Assembly (NCBI GenBank): GCA_903831095.1
Contig: CAIKWD010000021.1
Coordinates: 1,518-65,517 of the forward strand
Direction of reading: 5' to 3'
DNA length: 64,000 nucleotides
Origin: Candidatus Staskawiczbacteria bacterium
Lineage (GTDB): Bacteria > Patescibacteriota > Minisyncoccia > Minisyncoccales > Staskawiczbacteraceae
Shown here: one piece after another, positions 58,297 to 64,000 of the stretch
Layout of the letters: each line of letters starts with the position of its first letter
How positions within the stretch are numbered: the first letter of the stretch is position 1
The notes under the pieces: model-generated
What the model was told of the DNA's origin: nothing
Database searches by the model: none
The model's input: the letters and a program-made list of their open reading frames with translations, nothing else
Made by a program: the position numbers and the translations under genes

Positions 58297-58474
58297 AGCC
58301 TTAAAAATTCTAAGAACTACCCGAGGACTAAATCATTTGTTTTAGTTGGAAGATTGGGATTTAAGATAGAGTATGAGGAGGTCACTGTGCTAACTTAGAG
58401 GCTGATGGGTAACCAGAGTAAGCTGGTTGCTCTAAAAGGTTAAAAGTATTAAAATTAATTAAGGAATAAAAATT

Positions 58475-58738
58475 ATGGAAGAAAATTTAAATTGTAAAAT
58501 TTGTGGAGGGTTTTTATTAGTAACTATGGCTTCTAGTTTTATAGTGGTTAATATTAATATTTGTGAACCATGCCGTAAAAAAATAGAAGAAAATCCAGAT
58601 TTTCATGAAAATGTCCATAAAATGATGCCTATTGAAAGCTCTTTTATAACAGGGGTTACTGGTACAAGTGCTGTTAGTTATTCTTCCAATAATATAAGTA
58701 TCAAGAGTATTTATAAAAAAAATGATGGTGTCATTTAA
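58475..58738 (+). CDS. Hypothetical protein with two CxxC
   Basis: CKIC...CEPC; AAGGA upstream. Confidence 0.5.
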   Translation: MEENLNCKICGGFLLVTMASSFIVVNINICEPCRKKIEENPDFHENVHKMMPIESSFITGVTGTSAVSYSSNNISIKSIYKKNDGVI

Positions 58739-58762
58739 AAAATTAATTGAGAAATAAAAATT

Positions 58763-59131
58763 ATGAATACTTTTGTAAAAGACAATTGGTGGAAAGTGTC
58801 TATTTTGGTGATTATTATTATCACAATTGGTGGTTGGTTTTATTGGTATGGATTAAGACCCGCACAAATTAAGCACGACTGTTCTTGGGTTAAAAAACAT
58901 GCGGGGGTATGGGCTGAAATCACCCAGGAGCAATATAATAAGTGTTGCGAAAATCAAAAAACTAATGCATCTTATTTTAATAATCTAAATACTTCCAGTA
59001 ATTTTGAAAAACTTGTGATCACACCTAGTTGTTTTTGTGAAAAACCACATGCTTATCGTCCAGCAATAGATTGGTATGAACCGGCTACTAGCGCTCATTA
59101 TTCTTTCTGTATTCACGAAAAGGGACTTTAA
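58763..59131 (+). CDS. Single-TM hypothetical protein with Cys-rich exterior
   Basis: TM then WFYWY..RP..IK..C...Y..C..EKGL. Confidence 0.6.
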   Translation: MNTFVKDNWWKVSILVIIIITIGGWFYWYGLRPAQIKHDCSWVKKHAGVWAEITQEQYNKCCENQKTNASYFNNLNTSSNFEKLVITPSCFCEKPHAYRPAIDWYEPATSAHYSFCIHEKGL

Positions 59132-59148
59132 TTTTAATAAATAAATTT

Positions 59149-59718
59149 ATGGAAGAGAAAGTAGATAATTCAACACAGGGGTCTGGGGAAGCTGCGCCGA
59201 GGGAGGCTGGGCAGGATGTTGGTGGTTTGGTAGATGGGACGGAGGGTGGTGGTATACCTGGGGCCACAGATGGCCAAGGGGTGGGTTTGGGGTCGGAAAG
59301 TGATAATATACCACCTGTAATTGAAGCTCAACCCGAGGCTGTTTTGGAACCTTCTGAGCCTGTTGTGGAACAAGTTTCGGCAACTGAAGAGCCTGTAAAT
59401 GACCAAACTCCAAAGCCCAATGACCAACCAAATCCTAATGATCAAAACCTAAGAACTGAAGCAGAAAATAAGGGTTCGTTTATTAGGAATTTGCTGGTGA
59501 AGGCTGGGGAAAAGATTCAGTTTAATAAAAAGAAAAAGTTGGAGAAGGTGATGGAGTTGGCGCAGAAGAAAACAAAGATTTCGAATAGGGATGTGTGCTT
59601 GGCTTTGAGAGTTTCGGACGTGACAGCTTTTCGTTATTTGGATATACTTGAGAAACAAGGAAAAATAAAACAAGCTGGGAAAACCGGAAGAGATGTTTTT
59701 TATCAGCTTGTACCGTAA
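59149..59718 (+). CDS. Disordered N-terminus plus C-terminal DeoR-like winged HTH
   Basis: ISNRDV...L.VSDVTAFRYL..LEKQGKI.Q.GKTG. Confidence 0.7.
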   Translation: MEEKVDNSTQGSGEAAPREAGQDVGGLVDGTEGGGIPGATDGQGVGLGSESDNIPPVIEAQPEAVLEPSEPVVEQVSATEEPVNDQTPKPNDQPNPNDQNLRTEAENKGSFIRNLLVKAGEKIQFNKKKKLEKVMELAQKKTKISNRDVCLALRVSDVTAFRYLDILEKQGKIKQAGKTGRDVFYQLVP

Positions 59719-59771
59719 ACACTTCAAATGGTGGAAATGAAGCGTTTAATAAAAAAATAAAATAATAATTT

Positions 59772-60521
59772 ATGAGTGAATACTATACAGCACAAAGAGC
59801 TAGGGGATTGTATGAGCCCAATTCGGCTGAGCCATTTAAATTGTCGAGGTCGAAGATTGACTTGTTTTTTGAATGTCCAAGGTGCTTTTATTATGACCGC
59901 AGGCTGGGCATTGGTAGACCGCCTGGGTTTCCATTTTCGTTAAACTCAGCTGTGGACCATTTGCTAAAGCTGGAGTTTGACATACACAGGGCCAAGGGGA
60001 CAAAGCATCCGCTAATTGAGAAATACGGAGTAGACGCTGTGCCAGTAGCTCATAAGGATTTGGACAAGTGGAGGGCAAACTTTACGGGAATTCAGTTTTT
60101 ACATAAGCCAACAAATTTACTGATTACGGGAGCCATAGACGACTTGTGGCAGAATTCGAAGGGGGAGTACATAATTGTAGACTACAAGGCAACTTCCAAA
60201 GAGGGGGAAATTAAGGAGTTGGACAAGGCGTGGCAGGATGGGTACAAAAGGCAGATGGAGATTTATCAGTGGCTATTTCGCCAGAGCGGGTTTAAGGTGG
60301 CAGATACCGGATATTTTGTGTACTGCAATGGAGACAAAGATAAAAAGGCTTTTGACGCCAAGCTGGAGTTTAATATTACTTTGATACCTTACAAGGGAAA
60401 CGATTCATGGGTAGAGGAAATTATTGTTGAAGCGCATAAATGTTTGAACGGTGACAAAATTCCTGAAGCTGACCCAGACTGCGATTACTGCAATTATATT
60501 AACGCCATAAACAGCAAATAA
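59772..60521 (+). CDS. PD-(D/E)xK nuclease (RecB/AddB/Cas4-like)
   Basis: LSRSKI..F.ECPRCF, GAIDD, VDYKAT, Q..IY, CDYC. Confidence 0.85.
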   Translation: MSEYYTAQRARGLYEPNSAEPFKLSRSKIDLFFECPRCFYYDRRLGIGRPPGFPFSLNSAVDHLLKLEFDIHRAKGTKHPLIEKYGVDAVPVAHKDLDKWRANFTGIQFLHKPTNLLITGAIDDLWQNSKGEYIIVDYKATSKEGEIKELDKAWQDGYKRQMEIYQWLFRQSGFKVADTGYFVYCNGDKDKKAFDAKLEFNITLIPYKGNDSWVEEIIVEAHKCLNGDKIPEADPDCDYCNYINAINSK

Positions 60522-60605
60522 CATGAATGTTTTGATTATTGTTTTAATTGTGTTTGTTTTGGGCATAGCAGGGTTGATTTTAAAGTATTATAAAAAAGAC
60601 GAAAA

Positions 60606-60995
60606 ATGATTAGTAAAAAACAGGCTATAGATATAATAAAGGATTTTTTAGATGCTGAACTTGGGAAAGAGGATTGGTTTATTAATGTTAAGTTGTTTAT
60701 TAAAGCGTTTGTTTTATACGGGTCGGTGGCCAAGGGGACAAATAAGTTAGATTCAGATATAGATGTTTTGTTGATACTTCCTTTGGAAAAGGAAAAAGAA
60801 TATACTAAAGGAGAATATTTTTATGATTACAAAGGTTATAAGATAAATATTGTGTTGCGCTCTATAGAAAAATTAAGGAAAATTGCTTCAGAAAAAAAGG
60901 ATTTATTTCAAAAAGAAATTTTTGTAAAGGCAGAAATTATAATTGATAACGATGGAGAGGTTGCCAAGTTGTTAAATGAGATTAGTAAAATTTAA
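60606..60995 (+). CDS. Minimal nucleotidyltransferase-domain protein
   Basis: LYGSVAKG....SDIDV. Confidence 0.85.
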   Translation: MISKKQAIDIIKDFLDAELGKEDWFINVKLFIKAFVLYGSVAKGTNKLDSDIDVLLILPLEKEKEYTKGEYFYDYKGYKINIVLRSIEKLRKIASEKKDLFQKEIFVKAEIIIDNDGEVAKLLNEISKI

Positions 60996-61002
60996 ATAAA
61001 TT

Positions 61003-61578
61003 ATGGAAGGAGAAAAAAGAGAAGAAATTGTTATAAATTTAGAACAGGATAAAAAGGAACCGAAAATGGAGTTCAAAACGGATTATCCTATTAAGGATCT
61101 GGCAAAGTTTATTTCGTATATAAGATCCGACAAAGAGGAACGCCGTGGAAAAGTAAGTCCAGAAGTGGCTGAAGAGAGGATTAAATATATGCTTGAGAAG
61201 CCGAATGCGATAGAACTAACTTTAGAGATAGATGGTACATTGGTTGGTTGCGCTTTTTCTTATGAGGAAGATAGAGAAAGATTGGAAAAAGATGTTCCTT
61301 ATATAAACTTTTTTTCCAAGAAAGGAGAAAGAGTTTTTAAGATTAGGGAAGTTGATGTTCACCCTGATTATAGGAGGCAAGGTTTTGGAACAATAGTAAT
61401 GGAAGAAATTATGAAAAGGTTAAAAGAGAAAGGGGCGACAAAGTTGGTTTTGTCGACTTTTCCAGAGAAGGAGAATAAAGCTAATCGGTTATATACGGGA
61501 GTGGGTTTTAGGGAAGTAGCGCCAGATCAGGACGAGCATAATTATTATATGTCTTACGATTATGGATGGGACAAATAG
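61003..61578 (+). CDS. GNAT N-acetyltransferase
   Basis: VHPDYRRQGFG, N.A..LY..VGF. Confidence 0.85.
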   Translation: MEGEKREEIVINLEQDKKEPKMEFKTDYPIKDLAKFISYIRSDKEERRGKVSPEVAEERIKYMLEKPNAIELTLEIDGTLVGCAFSYEEDRERLEKDVPYINFFSKKGERVFKIREVDVHPDYRRQGFGTIVMEEIMKRLKEKGATKLVLSTFPEKENKANRLYTGVGFREVAPDQDEHNYYMSYDYGWDK

Positions 61579-61801
61579 AAGTAATATAAAAATTGGCGGG
61601 GAGGTTGATATTGTGCTGAAGGCAGATCAGCCAACCGGGAAGCTTACGCACGGGAAGGTGGCGGATATTTTGACGAGCTCGGGGCAGCATCACCGGGGAA
61701 TTAAGGTAAGATTGGAAGATGGGCAGGTTGGCAGGGTACAAAAAATTTATCCGTCTTTTCCAAAAATTGACGGAGTTGAGTATCAAGAAGGTATAATATA
61801 A
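61562..61801 (+). CDS. YwbE (DUF2196) family protein
   Basis: IVLKADQ.TGKLT.G.V.DILT.S..H..GIKVRL.DGQVGRV. Confidence 0.85.
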   Translation: MDGTNRSNIKIGGEVDIVLKADQPTGKLTHGKVADILTSSGQHHRGIKVRLEDGQVGRVQKIYPSFPKIDGVEYQEGII

Positions 61802-61818
61802 AAAATAAAATATATTTT

Positions 61819-62376
61819 ATGAATGTTGAAGTAGAAGTAAAAATAAAAATAGACAATTTTGAGGAAATTAAGGAAAAAGTGGCGGGGATGGGGAAATTAA
61901 TAAAGTCTATAAGGCAGGTGGACGATTATTTTGTTCCTAGCCACAGAGATTTTTTTAGCCAGAAGCCAGACCCAACAGAGTGGCTAAGAATTAGAACAAA
62001 TCCTGATAAGACAATTTTTGAGTATGATTTATCCATAAATAAGAAGGCCGATGGCGACCAGGAATGCGCTGAGGAATATGAAACAGAAATTTCCAGTCCG
62101 GAAGACTTCAGAAAAATTTTGAATTTTTTAGATTTTAAAAAAGTTGTTACAGTTGATAAGCAAAGGGAATATTGGATGTGCGGAGATATAGAAGTCGCCT
62201 TGGATATTATAGAGGGATTGGGAAGCTTTATTGAGGCGGAAGCCAAGGGAGATTTTAAAAGCTTAGTGGAAGCAAAAAAGGCTTGTTATGATTTTCTGAG
62301 AAATTTGGGAATTGAAGATGTGGAAAATAGGCATATAAAAAAAGGTTATCCGGTATTAATATTAGAAAATAAATAA
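61819..62376 (+). CDS. cyaB: CYTH / class IV adenylate cyclase family protein
   Basis: EVEVK, Q.D.YF, LRIR, EYET, K.R, GLG.FIEAE. Confidence 0.85.
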   Translation: MNVEVEVKIKIDNFEEIKEKVAGMGKLIKSIRQVDDYFVPSHRDFFSQKPDPTEWLRIRTNPDKTIFEYDLSINKKADGDQECAEEYETEISSPEDFRKILNFLDFKKVVTVDKQREYWMCGDIEVALDIIEGLGSFIEAEAKGDFKSLVEAKKACYDFLRNLGIEDVENRHIKKGYPVLILENK

Positions 62377-62384
62377 AACCATTT

Positions 62385-62828
62385 ATGAAGAAGATTATAA
62401 TTTATACAGATGGAGGTTCTAGGGGGAATCCGGGCAAGGCGGGGATTGGGGTTGTTTTTTGTAATGAGAAGGAACAGATTATAAAAAAGTTTGGAGAATA
62501 TTTGGGAGACAACCTGACAAACAATGACGCTGAATATCAGGCCATAATTTTTGCCTTGAAGAAGTTTAAGTCGGTTTTTGGCAAAGCTATTGCTGAAATA
62601 TCGGAGGTGGAAATAAGGGCTGATTCTGAATTGGTTGTAAAACAATTGAATGGCGACTACAGGCTGACAGACCCAAAGATACAGCAGTTTTTTATAGAAA
62701 TTTGGAATTTGAAGTTTGATTTTGAATCTGTAAAATTTAAGCATATTCCGCGCGAGAAAAATAAAGAGGCAGACGCCTTGGTTAACGCAGCTTTGGATGC
62801 ACAAGTAAGTGCAAAAACTCTATTTTAA
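62385..62828 (+). CDS. rnhA: Ribonuclease HI-like protein
   Basis: TDGGSRGNPG, TNN.AEY, DSELVVKQ, HIPRE.N..AD. Confidence 0.92.
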   Translation: MKKIIIYTDGGSRGNPGKAGIGVVFCNEKEQIIKKFGEYLGDNLTNNDAEYQAIIFALKKFKSVFGKAIAEISEVEIRADSELVVKQLNGDYRLTDPKIQQFFIEIWNLKFDFESVKFKHIPREKNKEADALVNAALDAQVSAKTLF

Positions 62829-62855
62829 CTTTCGCTTGAGTATTCTGCCCGATTA

Positions 62856-62948
62856 CGCTCAGTAACAAACTTTTTTCCGTCTGCTGGTAACCCCCTTTGC
62901 CTCTGCGGGCAAGTGGACCAGGGACTACAAAAAGTTTATTACCTCGCT
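62856..62948. repeat. ~93-bp structured repeat, copy 2 (partial 3' copy at 63024-63054)
   Basis: CGCTCAGTAACAAACTTTTTT...TTGCCT-CTGC-GGGCAA...AAAAAGTTTATTACCTCGCT; same orientation as copy 1. Confidence 0.85.
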
Positions 62949-63069
62949 TATATTTATCTCTCGGCGATATTGGGCGCCTGCGTGAGAGCATTCTCTTAGC
63001 AAAATATTCTCGCTTGATCTAAACCTGGGACTGTAAAAAGTTTATTACCTCGCTCAAAAAATTACAAAC

Positions 63070-63092
63070 AAAAAGCTCGACGTAAAGTCGAG
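63070..63092 (-). terminator. Terminator of rnpB
   Basis: Minus strand CTCGAC-TTTAC-GTCGAG-CTTTTT. Confidence 0.7.
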
Positions 63093-63100
63093 TGTTTTGT

Positions 63101-63447
63101 TGTCTTAGCAAGACTGTAAGCCGAATTCTGTATTATGTGATTATCTATCTGCCCACGATATTACTACCGGGATCTAGCGAACTACTTTTTACAGAATTTT
63201 GAGATGTATTTAACCCAATCTTCTGCTTTGTTCTTGCACCCAATAAGGATTTAGCCGTTTCAGTCCTGCATTACTGCAGAAATATTCCATTGCTGGAATG
63301 CCAGGTCTTTCAACCATAGCCGTTTCTGTTCGCACCTCGCACATTGCTGTGGACGGCAGTTAGCCGCTATACTTTCCCTTGCGGGATGGTGTTCGGACTT
63401 TCCTCTCTAAGCTTGCGCTTAAAGCAATCACTCATCTTGCTAAGACA
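63101..63447 (-). ncRNA. rnpB: RNase P RNA
   Basis: Minus strand GAGGAAAGTCC and ACAGAATTCGGCTTA (P4); P1 helix GTCTTAGCAAGA/TCTTGCTAAGAC; upstream TTGACA-16-TAATAT. Confidence 0.95.
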
Positions 63448-63565
63448 CATTAATATTATCGCTTTTTAGGCATTTGTCAAGGTAAATTTGTTTTTTCATA
63501 AAATTGCAAAACAAGGCAAAAAATAGTAATATAAAGCATATTTAACTACATATAATTACACATAT

Positions 63566-64000
63566 ATGAATCCATTTGCAAAAGTTGACGGCATTAATTA
63601 TGAACGTACAGCAGTTAAAACTAGATTACTGAATTTTAAGGATGATTTGCTGGGAATAATTGGGGAATATGTTGTACCACAAACCCAAAAAGGTGATTGG
63701 TTGGCAATTTCTGAGAAAGTTGTTTCTGTTTGCCAAAACAATGTAAGGCACATTTCTAGTGTGAAGGCTGGGTTTTTGGCTAAATTCATTGTTAGGTTTG
63801 TAAAAAAATATCCAAATGACATTGGTTTTTCTAGGGCAGAAAAAATGCAGGTGGCAGTGGAAACTTCAGGAAGGCTGAGAATGGTTTTGGCTATAATATT
63901 GGGAGTTTTAGGAAAGATTGTTGGCATAAAGGGAATTTTTTGGATTGTAGCTGGCAACCGTGTTTCGGAAATTGACGGATTTAATCCTGCAGCAATGTAC
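63566..64000 (+). CDS. Partial F420-0:gamma-glutamyl ligase (CofE)-like protein
   Basis: Open frame MNPFAK...VKTR...GD.LAISEKVVS..Q...IDG running off the window; absent from the ORF track. Confidence 0.7.
   Translation, partial: MNPFAKVDGINYERTAVKTRLLNFKDDLLGIIGEYVVPQTQKGDWLAISEKVVSVCQNNVRHISSVKAGFLAKFIVRFVKKYPNDIGFSRAEKMQVAVETSGRLRMVLAIILGVLGKIVGIKGIFWIVAGNRVSEIDGFNPAAMY

Noticed and set aside
59772..60521. Cas4 of a CRISPR system
   Set aside because: No cas1/cas2 or array nearby; treated as a stand-alone PD-(D/E)xK nuclease
60606..61578. MNT-HEPN toxin-antitoxin pair (also at 16125-16460)
   Set aside because: No adjacent HEPN (RxxxxH) gene recognised
983..62804. Many 60-150 aa ORFs nested in or antisense to long genes
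   Set aside because: No recognisable motifs; overlap well-supported CDSs
62782..62991. 69-aa minus-strand ORF
   Set aside because: Chance frame across the structured repeat and the end of rnhA
53989..63054. CRISPR array
   Set aside because: Repeats are dispersed, about 90 bp, with no regular repeat-spacer pattern or cas operon
63598..63957. 119-aa minus-strand ORF
   Set aside because: Antisense shadow of the CofE-like + strand gene

Overview
AT-rich bacterial chromosome segment, nearly all genes on the + strand. Gene content and mostly SD-less AT-rich leaders suggest Patescibacteria/CPR, probably Parcubacteria (inference). In order: (1) the end of a surface-glycan locus (1-9.6 kb); (2) housekeeping genes (murB, hpf, secA, dinB, ppa, secDF) with small accessory genes and a lone pyrC; (3) a ~27 kb locus (24960-51657) with two VirD4/TrwB-like ATPases and 11 tandem paralogs of a 550-600 aa Cys-rich protein in arrays of 4 and 7, where the first ATPase carries the same CxxC-x17-CxxC finger that ends most paralogs; (4) pgk and recJ; (5) a convergent pair of an HTH-bearing putative restriction nuclease and an intact LexA fused to a C5 DNA methyltransferase, with a direct-repeat operator candidate over its -10; (6) small genes, rnhA and RNase P RNA. 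Several miniature palindromic repeats occur, some inserted in frame in proteins, along with a duplicated 40-bp promoter. Best candidates for new biology are the Cys-rich array/ATPase locus and the LexA-methyltransferase system. All family assignments come from motif recognition by eye; no searches were run.
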